Source: Octopus vulgaris (taxonomy: Eukaryota). Taken from it: 64,000 nt of DNA. Every line of letters begins with the position of its first letter. The first letter of the stretch is position 1. The stretch is taken from assembly GCA_951406725.2 (NCBI GenBank), contig OX597815.1, positions 96,534,001 to 96,598,000 of the forward strand. Reading direction: 5' to 3'. Shown here piece after piece: positions 13,010 through 26,842 of the stretch. The notes under the pieces are model-generated. The model searched no databases, was not told where the DNA came from, and worked only from the letters and a program-made list of their open reading frames with translations. A program made the translations under genes and the position numbers.

Positions 13010-13129
13010 CATACATGTGTGCTCGCGTGTGTATATGTGTGCCTGTGTTTGTGCGTATATCTGATGGATGAGTGTGTGTGTGTGTTTCTGTATATATTTG
13101 TAGGTAGATGTATTAGATCACTCTGAAGC

Positions 13130-13400
13130 AAGCGAGAGATTCTTGGAGTGCCGCGATAAATATCTTCGGGATTTTCAGGAAACAACGATCCCCGAATATT
13201 CGCAAAGTTCGGGCGTAACTATAAATTAATTATATATATATCGAAAAATAAGATAAATATAACTTAATTACGTTTCACGACCAATAGCAATTTGGCAATT
13301 CTGCATTCAAACCCTAAATGTGTATGTGTTTTGTAAATAGCAGTGTCAGGCGTCATATTTCGAAATATATTTGGTATTATGTTTTTGTCAATATGAGTAA
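13130..13400 (+). mobile_element. Fragment of the hAT 5' subterminal region
   Basis: agattcytggrgtgccgcga...ggatttt...gaaacaa...ttcgcaaagtt is shared with 32380-32455. Confidence 0.55.
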
Positions 13401-14460
13401 TATTAGGAAACACATGTTAGACATATTTATTGAAATATAGCTGTTATCATATTTACTGTTCACTTTACCCTATCCCCTCCTTTCTTTTCCTTTTCCGTGC
13501 TAATCTCCGTTGCATTTTTACTTAGTTTCCTCCATTTTTGATATTTATAGAAGAAGTAATTGAAAAGAAATCTTTATACTTAATAACTGGGACTAAGCAT
13601 TGTAAATACGATGTGGTTGTTTAGTTGTGATTGTATTTAAGATGCTTAAATTATTTAAGAGTAATTCTTTTTGCTCTAAAAGGAAGCAAATTCTCAAAGA
13701 AGGATCAAAAGTTTACTCTGTTAGTTTTTCCTACTTTTCTTCTTCAATATTCACCAATACAAAGAAATTCATTTACCATAACAATATATCAGCTGTAATT
13801 AAAGTCACGTGCCTCTTACTCCCATTCTCACTTCCTGTGTCAGCTATTGAACTGTTGCAAAAGTATAACTACGAAATCTCGGAATGTACAAAGAAATTCC
13901 AAGGTATAGTGATTTATTCTTTGTAAAATATACTATAAAACAGTAATTAAGTCAGTTTAATTAATCTTTGTAATCACACATTTTATCAACATTACACGCG
14001 TGGAATATCAAAATGACTATAAAATATCTACCAGGAAAATAAAAGGCAGCAGATCGTCTATAAAGTTTTACAGTGTTACTTGTGACTATGTCTAAAATGT
14101 ATATATACCTTAATTTTTATAGGTATATATAAAAAGCCTGGTTGGTAATTCACTATCCCTGACTCTCTACGCTTCCCTTTGTTTTTGTGTGTCCAGTTCT
14201 TATTATATGTATGTCTCCTACATCATTTACCCAATGAGTAGGTATAAAAATATTTACCGTCGATCTCCTGCCGTTAATAAGATCTATTGTCTACTAAACT
14301 GATAAAATGTTCAATCATTCTTCTTGTCTTGAAAATTGAATAGCCCAATTTGTGAAACAAGCTTTCAAGATATAGCCCTAAGACTTTTATAATCTACTCT
14401 GTATAAAATGGATAATAGGAAGAGTTTCACTTCGAACACTATGATGTTACTATCAGTTGA

Positions 14461-14593
14461 TAATTACGTAATGCTAGTCTTACGCAATCCTGACGTTGTA
14501 ATGATTTAACAATTATATTATGCGGGTCTTACATAATTTTGACGTTATAATGATTTTTATAACTACGTAACTCTAGTCTTACGTATTTCGACT
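14461..14593. repeat. Degenerate approximately 49 bp tandem repeat, about 2.7 copies
   Basis: Unit taattacgtaatgctagtcttacgcaatcctgacgttgtaatgatttaa. Confidence 0.7.
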
Positions 14594-15177
14594 TTCACAT
14601 TCGTCGCTGAAAGAGATGAAACAATGCTATATTTAAATGATTCCTGAGCAAGGCCGTTTATCGTTTTCTTTCTCTTTTTTTTTCTTTCAATTCCGTAATC
14701 TTTTATAATGATGAAAACCGTGGAAAAGAGTTTTCAAGTAAATAACACGAATTCTCATCATGAATTTCTGTCTAGAATTAAAAAAGAAAAGTAGACAGGT
14801 AGTTCTCGACACATGTCATAAGCCTTGCACCTTAACTTGCAGCAACCATTTACATGTACGCACACATGCACCATATGTATAGAAGAGTGTCTCTCATTGT
14901 TGCCAGTGATTCATCATGGACTAAGTTTTGGGTGCCGGAAAATCTTTAACATTTTAAGTAAAATAACCTTATCAACTATACTTAGTTCCTTCGCGATGCA
15001 ATTGACTAAAGTTTCTAGTGCAACTGTTGCAAAATATTCTTCGAAGATTCAGGATATTCTATATCCATCTAACTTTCATCTCTATTTTTCTGTCATCTAA
15101 TATGACTCTATTGGTTCACCTACATTTATTCCTTCCTTTATAGCACTCTGCCAACATATTCTGCTTTCTGTTATGTA

Positions 15178-16376
15178 CGAGGGTGGGTTGCAAAGTTTAT
15201 TCCATCGCTTATTAACTCTGTTGTTTCTTTCCAGCTAAACTGACATTTGATTGTACAAAGAAGACTTCAAAGTAACTAACACGGAATTCTTTTGAAAATG
15301 GAAGAAATAATTGCATCATGGTGTTATCAAGTACCTGTAGAAAAACAGGTTTAGCCCCCAAAGACATTCATGTTGATAAGACTTTTACGTTACAGGATAA
15401 CGCTCCAGCTTTATCAACAGTGCAAAAGTGGGCGGCTGAATTTAGGTGACGGGAGAGTCTTGAAGATGAGCCACGTTGAAGACGTCCTGCAACTGCCACC
15501 AGTGAGGGAAAAATTAATCGTGCTCAACACACGTGATCAATTACTCGCGTTTTACCATAAATTAAATAACCAGTACTATCATCGTATCGCACGAGAGAAT
15601 TGTACATATTCTGCACAATGAACTTGGCATAATGAAAGTTTCTGATCGGTGGGTGTAACATCTTCTAACACCTGATCACAGTCGCACCACGCTAATTACA
15701 TTGCAGGAAAATCTATTATTCATCTGGTTTCATTGAAAGTTTCCAAACCAAGAACAGGTTAATAAGTTTAGGTTAATAACTTTGAGTCAGAGACAGAGAC
15801 AATCCAGGTAATGGAATCATCCCACCTCATCATTTCCAAAGAAGTCCAAGGTGGTTTATCTGCAGAGAAGGCGAGGGTTCATTTTTGAGGGATGCAAAAT
15901 GTATTGTGTTTAGTCATAGTAATGTATTTCTTCAAAGAGACCACACATGATTGGAGATTACAGTGACAATTTGCTGAGGCAGTTCCAAATGGTTAACAAG
16001 ACCAAACAACCACGAAAACTAGTGGAAAATGATTTGTTTTATGAGGATAACGCTCCAGCGTGAATGTCCTTGGTTTCCGTGGCTGCTGTGCGTAACTGTA
16101 TATTTGTAGAGATTGATCTGCTTCCCTATTTTTCCTAATTTGGCCCCATCTGACTCTGATCTTCTTTCCAACATGAACAAACATTGACCTGCGAACCAGT
16201 TGTTGACATTTTTGACCAAGAGGATAATTCTTCACCAATGAATTCCAAGTACTGAAACACCCATCGAAGAGGAATATGGACTGCAAGCGGAATTAAGGCA
16301 AAAAATAAGCCTCCTCTGGTCAGTCACATTCCATGAGAGTATGTTGATCAGCCTATCAACTTTTCATCCGACCTCG
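15178..16376 (+). mobile_element. Degenerate mariner element with TIRs and TA flanks
   Basis: ta-cgagggtgggttgcaaagtt ... aacttttcatccgacctcg-ta. Remnants of RWV, DNA and PNLAPSD motifs. Confidence 0.8.
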
Positions 16377-16479
16377 TATTTTAAATCAAGCCACATACTT
16401 CGCTATATTATTGATTGACACCTTCATAACACAACAGCGTTTCTAATACCTACGCTCCTTCCTGCGTCAGCATGAATCA

Positions 16480-17250
16480 CGTGACCTAAAAAATTGCAGC
16501 TGAGAAACGAGCATTTGGTTTTTATATGTGATCTCATCACAAGCATTGTTCTTTATGGAACATAGCTGATCACTGTGTCAGTGCAACAGCGGATTGCGTG
16601 ATCAACAATGTATTATGTTGGTTTCAGCAGAATACAATAGTCAAAAGTGTTCTTCCGCTAGGAGTAGGCTGTTTTATCATTAAAAAAAAATCTACAAACT
16701 TTGAGCCGCCCGAAATCACCGATTGATCAATTCCCCTCTAGGGTCCAATTATTACAAAATGTCATGACATACTGTGTGACTTTGTTCTTCACACTTAAAA
16801 CTGATTCTCGATTAGGGTGGTTAATAGGTTGTATAACTCTAGATTCAGTTTTAGTCATATTTACACTTAGGACAAACGGTGTTGTGGCACATACAAAACT
16901 ATATATAATTTTCTGTGTATTTTGTTGGGAATCAGCAACTAGAGTTCACTCATTAGCGCAGAAAAAATATCTGATCACGCCATTTCCTGCTCGATCTAAT
17001 TCTTGATAGGTTTCATTTGTTCATTAATCAACCAACTAAATTTGTGTGGAAATACTGTCCACTCGTGTACTCGCCCCATATCTTTGCTAAGACGGCTTCT
17101 AGAAATAATGAATTCAAAGCCCTAGTAAGCTCGGAAGAATCCAAGCGTTGCTCTAGTGGCAGTCATATCGTCGTGGAAATGCTGCTTTGTCTCCAAAACA
17201 TTTTCTGCACACTCATGTATGTGAGTAGACCCGGTAGATTTCTCTCTTCA
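16480..17250 (-). pseudogene. Degenerate RTE-clade LINE reverse transcriptase fragment
   Basis: FFCANE*TLVADSQQNTQKIIYSFVCATTPFVLSVNMTKTE resembles LLFADDCALVA..LQ...F....FGL.VN..KTE. FGRLK follows downstream. Confidence 0.6.
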
Positions 17251-18128
17251 TAGAATATAGAAAGCCTTGGTAAAGTCAATATATATAGAGAATGTAAATT
17301 TGTCCCAAGGTGAGAACCCTACCTTTGTTACTCCTTGATATACCAATTATATGCACATTAAAATTCAGTAAGTTAAAAGGTAAAATCAAAATTTAAGAAT
17401 ATCAAAATGATTCGGATAAAATTTGTCAACCTGTGTTAAAGTGGCAAATATAATACTAGTTAATTAAGGAAGATTATAGAATAGAAATGCTTTGAGTGCG
17501 AAATTCTATGGAAACAAGTCTTATTAGTGATTTATTAAAAGAGTTTGAAATAGTAGAAAGGAGGTTAAAGATTTCTAGAAATGCGAAATTGCAACAAAAT
17601 CTTTGCATAATAAGCGATCATGTTCATAGATAGAAAGAGTGGATGATGCTAAAGGATATTAATTAAGGGGAAGTAAAAGTTTAATAATCAAATCCATCAT
17701 GTACAAAGTATGGGAAACAGCAATAAAGTGTTTAAAATATATTTTAAGACGATATTAGATTTAGAGGAAAGTTTCAAAATGATGAAAGCATTAAATAATA
17801 AAAGGCCAATATGAACTGTGAAGTACGCAACTAAAATCTTCTAAAGTTGTGAAGAATTTATATTTACAAGTAATTAATCTTTTAGAACATCTCTTAATTA
17901 AGGATTTGGTAACAAAGAGAATTTAAAATGCTTCCGATGTACAAAGGCCTCGCTGTTTCCTACAAAGAATTAACTTCTTGAATGATTACCCAATAAAGGT
18001 TATAGAGTATATGAATGCGTTTTAGATTAATATATGTATATCTATCTATCTATCTATCTATATATGTGTGTGTGTGTGTGCGTCTGTGCATATATATGTA
18101 TATATCTATATATATATATCATCATATG

Positions 18129-18204
<76 letters not shown>

Positions 18205-18277
18205 GTGACATTAAAAGTAAGAACTGAGAATTATATATCTATAAAGATTCTTTATTACAGTATTATATACAATAGAT

Positions 18278-18690
18278 AAGCACAGACGTGGCTGTGTGAC
18301 AACAAGTCTTCTTCTCAACCACATGATTCCAGAATCAGTGCCACGGCGTGGCAACTTGGGCAAGTGTCTTCTACTATAGCCTCAGGCCATCCAAGATATG
18401 TGAGTGGATCTGTTAGACGGCAATGTGTATGTATGCATGTATGTATATATTTATGAATGTATGCATATATTAGTGTGAATGCGTCGTTGTGCTTGTCTCT
18501 TCACCATCGCTTGACAACCGATTGTGGAGTGTATATGTCCATGTAAATTAGCGGTTCATCAAAAGAGACCGACATAATAAGTACTAGGCTTACAAAGAAT
18601 ATGCCGTGAGGTCGATTTCTTCGACTAAAATACCTTTTAAGGCGATACTCCGACATGGCCGCAGTCAAGTGACTAAAAGAATAAAAAAAT
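18278..18690 (+). mobile_element. tRNA-derived SINE, family 1
   Basis: Head gcacagacgtggctgtgtg..., tail ggcgatactccgacatggccgcagtcaagtgact. Confidence 0.85.
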
Positions 18691-20219
18691 ACTCTGTTAT
18701 GATTTGAATTTAAATTTGTGGCATCCAGTTGCATCCTGTGTATTGAATTACATTATTTGTTCGTCCATGGAATACATATCCGATCAGCTTCATTTGAGTT
18801 GTTACCTCTACAAATTTTTGAAAGCTAACTGAAGAGTTCAATGTTAGACAGTGTTATCGTAGGTTTAATTTAGGTGGGGATGTGTGTATTTTATGTAGAA
18901 GATAGAGTTTGTGAAATACGATATGACATGGAAAGTCCATATCGTATTTCACAATACAATATCAGTTTTGAAAATGAATAGCGTGACAAACATAACAAAC
19001 AGAGAAGCGCTCAATATGTCAACATACGTTTCACCTGCGGACCACATAACATATAGAAAGAAATTTCTGAACAAATAGATTAATTAAGTGGTAAGTCAAA
19101 TGAAGATAATAAAAATTCTATAAAGGGTCTGTGTGGAATTTACATTTATATTGCTAAAATCTAACAGTGGGTAATTTGAAATTATATCTAGGTAATACTT
19201 CCGCATACAGTTATTCAAGTAATTTTTGTTTTGGAAATATTCAAACACAGAAAAGACTTAGTATTTGGAGAAGCCGCGAATAGGTCAAGATTTGCTTCAC
19301 CCACAGTTCATATAAAGTAAATATAGAAAGAGGTTTAAATATAAATAGATTGGTAGCCATTAATAGAGTTGTGAACAGACGATAAAAAAATAGCAAAATA
19401 AGTTTTTTGGTATATTATTAAAAGATAATATTTAGTAAATCAACAAAATTTGCCTAGGTAATTCATCAGGTTACACTCGCGTAAGTAATATTTTATTTAA
19501 AATTCCTATTTTGGAAATATATAAACACTTTCCTGGAAGAAAGCAAATATTTCGGGAGTAATTAATCAATAACACTTATCTAATCAATAACACTTATCTA
19601 CAGGTGAAAATATAGAAGATTTCTTCCAAGCATAAAGTACATTTCAATCACCCGATTTCTTATTAGTATCCAATTTTGTGCTTTTAACTTTTAATGACCA
19701 AATACGCCCACTAAGGTTTGCGCTACACATTTCATCTCCGTCCTTGATAAAAGAAATGTGGTTACTTAATCTCAGCTTAAATCTAGTAGATCAAGGTCTT
19801 GTGTTTTGGCTCAAGCATTGTCCATTAGGATGACATTTTGTTCTGATAGGTAGAAATATGATTTTTAAGGTCAAACCCGCATCTTCTACTGGCAGAAAGT
19901 GTAAGTACCTAAGTATATATTGTTAATTATTGTCTCACCAGTGTCAGTAGTTTAACTATACGCTAAGATATACGTATTATTCAAACTGATATTCACTACA
20001 GCTAAATATTCAAATTAATATTCAAATGGGCTTGGTATGTGATCGGTTATCTCCCTACCACCATCTATCGTAGGGACATTGTTGCTTTAGCTCGCATTCT
20101 TAGCAGCCCCGTTATTTATAATGCCCCTCTATTTCATTTTTGTTACATTCCAATATATATGTATGGTTACTATTATCACCTGTCGTATAATTACTTTTAA
20201 TATCCGTTTCAAACTTTTG

Positions 20220-20395
20220 CCTCAGTCTGCTAATTTCGAGAGAAGAGTAAATCTTGTAGATCGACCTCAGTGTTTAGTTGGTACGTCTTTATTGACCCGG
20301 AAATGACGAAAGGCAAAGTCGAACTTGGTGGGATTTGAACTCAATACGTAAACACTGGCGAAATGACACTAAGCTTTTAGCCCGGCGTGATGCCT
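20220..20395 (-). mobile_element. Partial SINE, family 2
   Basis: gaaaggcaaagtcgaac...ggatttgaactca...gcccggcgtg matches 29677-29907. Confidence 0.7.
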
Positions 20396-20718
20396 TACTA
20401 TTATTATTAATATTAGATCTATAATCTGGCCGCATGCGACTTAAAGTCACATAGGGTTCATGCAGAAGTATAGCTCGTTTCAACTCAGATTGCCAAATGG
20501 AGGAGCACAGGAACCCCAGAAGGCTACTATTGATCAAGGTGGTTCACACAGTATTGTCAGAGCAAGATCGATGTCCACATATCCACACACTTATTTTCTC
20601 TTCTAAAAATGCACAGGGGGAGTAAATTATATATATAGCACATTCAATGTTGGTCCCGATAAACAGTACAAGTTATTACCCTATCAAAGACTTCTTTTTC
20701 TGCTTGTATATATATATA

Positions 20719-21124
20719 TTTTTTTTTTTTCTTTTTTTTTTTTCTTTTTTACTTGTTTCAGTCATTTTGACTGCGGCCATGCTGGAGCACCGCCTTTAGT
20801 CGAGCAACTCGACCCCGGGACTTATTCTTTGTAAGCCCAGTACTTATTGTATCGGTCTCATTTGCTGAACCGCTAAGTGACGGGGACATAAACACACCAG
20901 CATCGGTTGTCAAGCAATGCTAGGGGGGACAAACATAGACACACACATATATATACATATATACGACGGGCTTCTTTCAGTTTCCGCCTACCAACTCCAA
21001 TCACAAGGCTTTGGTCGGTCCGAGGCTATAGCAGAAGACACTTGCCCAAGGTGCCACGCAGTGGGACTGAACCCGGAACCATGTGGTTGGTAGACAAGCT
21101 ACTTACCACACAGCCACTCCTGCG

Positions 21125-21126
<2 letters not shown>
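20719..21126 (-). mobile_element. tRNA-derived SINE, family 1 (best-preserved copy)
   Basis: Head ggcgcaggagTGGCTGTGTGGtaag...GGTTCAGTCCC (A and B boxes), internal microsatellite, LINE-like tail and A-rich end. Confidence 0.9.
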
Positions 21127-21197
<71 letters not shown>

Positions 21198-21198
21198 T

Positions 21199-21731
21199 AA
21201 GGGTGAAAAATTAAATATTAATAGGATTAATATCAATTTAAAACCAGTGGTCTAGCATATAGAAAGATCTGAAGATTCAGAAAAATTATATTACATACAT
21301 ATAAAATGGGATGCCCACTAAATGGCCGTCCATTATGCTTGAAGTCAACCCCCTATGGTCTTACCACTAAGGAAGGAAATGTTCACAAGAAAATTTAGCA
21401 AAGGCCAAAACGTAAGCGAGCAACACAAATGAAAAGATACAATATATACAGATTAATCACAAACTAATTTCGTTGTTGCCACTTACGGAATCACTTACGT
21501 CTATGTCCGCAATTCGTCAGTGTGATCGTCATGGCAAAATATTAGTGCAGAACTATACACAAGACGTCCGCATGAAATTGAACATGTATATAGTCTTGTA
21601 TCTTTTCATTTGTCTTACTTGCTTACGTTTTGGCGTTTGCTAAATTTTCTTCAGAATATTCCTTCCGTAGTGGTAAGACCTAAGGGGGTTGACTTCTAGC
21701 ATAATGGACGTCCACTTAGTGGTGATCCCCC

Positions 21732-21735
<4 letters not shown>
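21199..21735 (-). mobile_element. Fold-back PLE-like mini-element (arms about 21308-21450 and 21585-21731) with a hammerhead in the spacer, in (TA)n
   Basis: The arms are reverse complements over about 140 bp, with an unpaired tail at 21199-21300. Confidence 0.75.
21456..21526 (-). ncRNA. Type I hammerhead ribozyme motif
   Basis: Minus strand: aucaca CUGACGA auugc...gcaacaac GAAA uuag UU ugugau. 6 bp stem I and minimal stem III. Confidence 0.6.
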
Positions 21736-21791
<56 letters not shown>

Positions 21792-21845
21792 TAGATAGAT
21801 AAATAGATAGATATATGCACGTATGTATATGCATATATGTATGTA

Positions 21846-21900
<55 letters not shown>

Positions 21901-22856
21901 ATATATATATGTATGCACCCTGACGCGCGCATACATACAGACGCGTATATTTATACATGCATATATATGTACATATATCTATGTAAATATTTGTACATGT
22001 ATACATACGAAAACCCTCTCATGTCACTGTGACATAAGTTTTCTCACTTCACTGATCACACTTGTGTAAAAATATTGAATAGATATAGAGTTTTCATAAC
22101 ACATTTCATCATTATAAGTGTTAAGCTAATCGAATTATAATGTCTGACGAATCCTCTTAATTATTATGTTAATACCAGTACAGTAACGCTGCCAAATATT
22201 AGGAGATAAATAAATCTTAAGTACGTAGATGTATTAATTAAATCATCGTGAAATCATGTCTTTCCGTAGAAAAATATATTTTTACTAAAGCATATGTTTC
22301 CAGGAAAGAATAAAGAGCAATGCACAAAAAATATCGTATGCTAGTACACTTTATGTTACGTATTTATTTTTTCTAGTAGCACTTTCAGATATTCATCGTA
22401 CACATATCCGTGAAAATTTGAGTAAGTGAATACAAGACATTGAATACCTGCAGGAGTAGACAATTTTCACAGAAATATTTATACTATGATGTATATTCTC
22501 TTACCTACATAAGTATTCTATATTTTGAGAAGAAAAAATTAAGAAATCAAGATATTCTTATGATACTTATAACACAGACACCACCTAGACAGTATATTTT
22601 TTAAAGGCTAAATACGAAAGCTAAAACTTTTAAAACTGTTCAGAAGCTGACGATAGCTTTTTCCAGATACAGAATAAACCTGCTCTTATAATTGACTGTG
22701 TGAGTGATGTTCTGTGCGCACGTGTAAAACAGTTTATACAAGCGTGTATGATATGTATATACTAGTGCTTCTACATATGTATGTATCACTCTGTATCATC
22801 CTCTCTCTCTCTTTCTCTTTCTCTCTCTCTATATATATATCTATATATCTATATAA

Positions 22857-22889
<33 letters not shown>

Positions 22890-23175
22890 CACACACACAC
22901 CCACACACACACATATATACATACATGTGTGGGGGTGCGTGTTACTGCGGTCATGCTCAAGTAACACCGTGATTTTGAACATTTATCTATGATTTCTTCG
23001 TGGTGGGGCTTGATATCACCACGCCTTACGTGCGTTTATGCCCTCTGTTTACCCATTTAGTGTATGAGAGAGTTTGGCACCACTGCCCTTCGCTTGTGCC
23101 TCATGCCGTGTCATCGGTTCACTAGATATTGTGAATTTGAGAGTGTCTAGTTCCTTTTTGAAGACATCTACGTCA

Positions 23176-24385
23176 CGAGGGTTGGTCGAAAAGGAGTGAG
23201 GTCAGAGATGTGAAATTTTTATATTTTAATTTCAACTCTTCCCATTAACAACTCCATTGTTTCTTGCCAGGTAAATTGGCAGCTGACACTCCTAAGAAGA
23301 CTTCAAAAGTAACAATTAATGTCTATTCTTGAAAATGAGCAAATTTTGGCACGTGTTGTAATCAATATCCGGATGATAAAAATATCATACTGACATAATC
23401 AAGTAAAAAAATCATGCTGATATAATTACTTCATTTAGGGATGACGCTCCAGATTTATCAACAGTGGAACGGAAATTAGGTGGGGAAGGGAGAGTCTTAA
23501 AGATGAGAAAGGGTCTGTATATCCTGACGGAGAAAACATTTATCGTGTTCGACACATGGTGATGAATGAGAGGCGATTGACTATAAACTAACTAAGCAAT
23601 GTCATAAGCATATCCTGTGAGAAAGTTTAGAATATTATACACAATAAAATTGATATGACGAAGGTGGTTGCTACATTTGGCACCTGATCAAAAGCGCATC
23701 CAGATGATCATATCATAGGAAAATCTGACATTGAGGCAGGTCCAACTGGTTTCCTTGAACGCTTCCTAACCCGGGAAGAGTGTTGGTATATCACATTGTG
23801 CCAGAGACAAAGATCACTCTTGCAATGTAAACACCCCTTTCCAACTACTTCAAAGAAGGGCAAGGTCGTTTCATCACCAGAGAATGTGATGAGCTCACTT
23901 TTGGGAGATGCAATATGTAGTGTGTTTATTGACTTCGAAGTGGTCCCACCATCCATGAAGAGTACACTGCCAAATTTCTGACAGAGTTCTAAATAGTTAT
24001 CAAGACCAAGCGCCAAGGCAAAATGATGAAAGTGGTCTTGTTCCATTAGAACAATGCACCAGCACACAAGTCCGTGGTTCAATGGATGCTGTGTGTGACT
24101 ATGGTTTTGAACTGGTTGATAACCCTTTATGTTCTCTTGGTTTGATCCCATCTAACTATCGACTGTTTTCTACATAAAGGACCGCTTGGCTGGGAACCAG
24201 AGTGTCTGTGATAAGACGTTATATCTGTTGTCGATGAATTTTGATCAATAGGGTGAAAGCTTGATCAACAATAGGATTCAAGCACTGAAACGTAAGTAAA
24301 AGAAGTGTGTGGACTGCAAAGAAGACTATGTTGAAATCTAAATATCAATTCTTGACATGCTATGAGAGTTCATTGGACGGATGCC
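23176..24385 (+). mobile_element. Degenerate mariner element, related to 15178-16376
   Basis: cgagggttggtcgaaaag start. H*NNAPAHKS and PSNY remnants, collinear with the 15.2 kb copy. Confidence 0.75.
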
Positions 24386-25425
24386 TACACACGCATACAT
24401 ACACACATACACACAGGCATAAACACACACATCTTGGTATGTGTATCCATGTTTTTCCTCCAACAATGCTTGACTATAGGTCTATGCGCGTTTAACTCAC
24501 TATAAGTGGCTCGGCAAAAAAAGACAGACTGAACAAGTTCCCGGCTTTAAGATAATTTACTGGGTTCATTCATATTTGGATAACATTTTTCAAAGGCGGT
24601 GGTCCAGCCGAGTCGAAGTCTCATAACAAACTAGGTACACGATTAATGTTACACACATGTGAGTATGCGTCTGTGTGTGTTTGTGTTTGTGTGCGTGTGT
24701 AAGTGCGATATAAATTGTATCAGCGTCAACAGTGGGACTAAATGTTAATAAAAGTTAATATTTATTTCTAGTTGAAAGTGTATGTTGTGATAGGACACAG
24801 AATAATCTGATAGTTACCTCGAGATAAAATCTCATATCGGCTTTCGGTACGTAAAACGCTTTTATTATATTGCTAGTGTGGAAATAAATCTCACGCAATC
24901 GCCAAGACCACCTGATCGATTAGGCAAATTGGACTGGTCAGGGGTCCACAACAAACGTAGAACGGAGATATGATTTCCCCACTCACGACATCCAGCTGTT
25001 AACTTCCAAAGGGAAGGAAAAGTTTGATAGTAGACGAGGATTTAGTGGCACTGAAAGAGTTGGTAAAAGAGTACAAAACTAAATTGTTTCTTAGTGTATC
25101 ACAGGTACAAATGCACGCCTTATGATACCGGTTGTTAAGCAGTACTTAAGAGGTTATTGTAGCTACATTTCTAGTACTTCGGAGATATTGTAGCTACATG
25201 TACAAATTCAACAACACAATGTCATTCAGTAAATCACAATGTCTACTGTGGGTTTACTTTCAGAAAAACAGTTGCGTATGTGGATATGAATTACCGATCT
25301 ATATATTTGTGTATATATATATAATTGCGAATATCTATATATCTGTGAACAGGCATACGCGCACATACACGAAAACGGATGTATGTTTATAAATAAGTAT
25401 ATGACTTACCGTCCGTGTATCTAAG

Positions 25426-25477
<52 letters not shown>

Positions 25478-25606
25478 TTGTATATCTTGTAGTTTATCTT
25501 GATAAATGATTCTCTTGAAGGATATACCATTAATAGCAAAACAATATTAGGAGCAATACAAACATTTTAGAAGGAAGATTTCGTATTGCGAGTATATATA
25601 TATATG

Positions 25607-25662
<56 letters not shown>

Positions 25663-25671
25663 ATATAGAAG

Positions 25672-25722
25672 GAGTTTACAGGACTAGAACTGTTTCATTC
25701 AAGAGAAATCTTCAGGAAGCTC
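25672..25722 (-). ncRNA. Antisense copy of the same hammerhead, with a damaged stem I 3' arm
   Basis: Identical core and stems II and III. The 3' arm reads aacuc instead of gaagcuc. Confidence 0.65.
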
Positions 25723-25724
25723 CT

Positions 25725-25777
25725 GAGCTTCCTGAAGATTTCTCTTGAATGAAACAGTTCTAGTCCTGTAGAAGCTC
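25725..25777 (+). ncRNA. Type I hammerhead ribozyme, apparently intact
   Basis: gagcuuc CUGAAGA u uuc-ucuu-gaa u GAAA cag-uucuaguc-cug UA gaagcuc. 7 bp stem I, predicted cleavage after GUA at 25770. Confidence 0.8.
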
Positions 25778-25862
25778 CTTCTATATAATAAATTAATTTT
25801 ACTCTACTATGTATTGAGTACCTTATTTACTGTGGTTAACCCAGAATCAACCCGGGACCTAC

Positions 25863-25928
<66 letters not shown>

Positions 25929-26067
25929 ATACATAATAGCACATATATGCATAAGCTGTATCTATACACACACACACTTATATATAATATAAATACTCAT
26001 AGATACATATAATTATACACACATGCACGTTACTGCACCCCACGCATCCTTTCCCAAGTAAGTTTTA

Positions 26068-26128
<61 letters not shown>

Positions 26129-26539
26129 GTAGATAGGTATTATGTATGTTTGCAAATTTAAAGATCAAAAGATCATATATATTTTCTTTATATAAGGTGT
26201 TGAAACAGATCACAATCATGCCACGAAACTGGAAATTGAGCAGGTTTGAATTTTTAATTTCCCTCCTACTCAAACACCGCCTTTAATTCCATGATTACAA
26301 TCTGTTTGATCGAAATATAGAAAAATAATATATTTGATCTCTTGATCTCTAAAGTCACATTGTTACATTGTTACGGCTTCAAGTTCCTTTTGCGTAAATA
26401 TATGTGTGTGCGTGTGTGTGTATGTGCACGCGTGTATCTGTGAGTTTGTGTGTGTGAATGTGTGTGAGTGTGTGTATTTCTAGGAGCATGTGCATATATC
26501 TATATCCATACACACACATATACATATACATATATATAT

Positions 26540-26598
<59 letters not shown>

Positions 26599-26842
26599 CA
26601 CATACATATACACAGTGTATGAAAGATACAAACAATATATTCAGAAGTATATGATCTGGGAACATAAAATCCCTCATAATCACAGTCACGTGCACATACA
26701 CACACACACGCACAAACGCACACAGGCATATAGTTCAAATTTTTGCATAAACCCAGCAATTTTGGGGTGGCGATTATGTCAAAACCATGAAATATAAAGT
26801 CGATGTTGACGCTGTTTGAACTCAGAACGTGTGTGTATAAAA

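Larger units (their letters stand above)
25659..25860 (+). mobile_element. Near-perfect 132 bp palindrome (25659-25790) plus tail in (TA)n, a PLE-like mini-element
   Basis: The arms meet at caggaagctc-ct-gagcttcctg. Confidence 0.85.

Noticed and set aside
14461-14593. Possible CRISPR-like array
   Set aside because: It is a contiguous degenerate tandem repeat without unique spacers, in a eukaryotic context.
16960-17100. YQELDRAG resembling RecQ helicase motif VI
   Set aside because: The surrounding frames fit an RTE reverse transcriptase better.
22140-22216. CTGACGA followed by a possible stem
   Set aside because: Lacks GAAA and stems I and III. At best an unrecognisable remnant.
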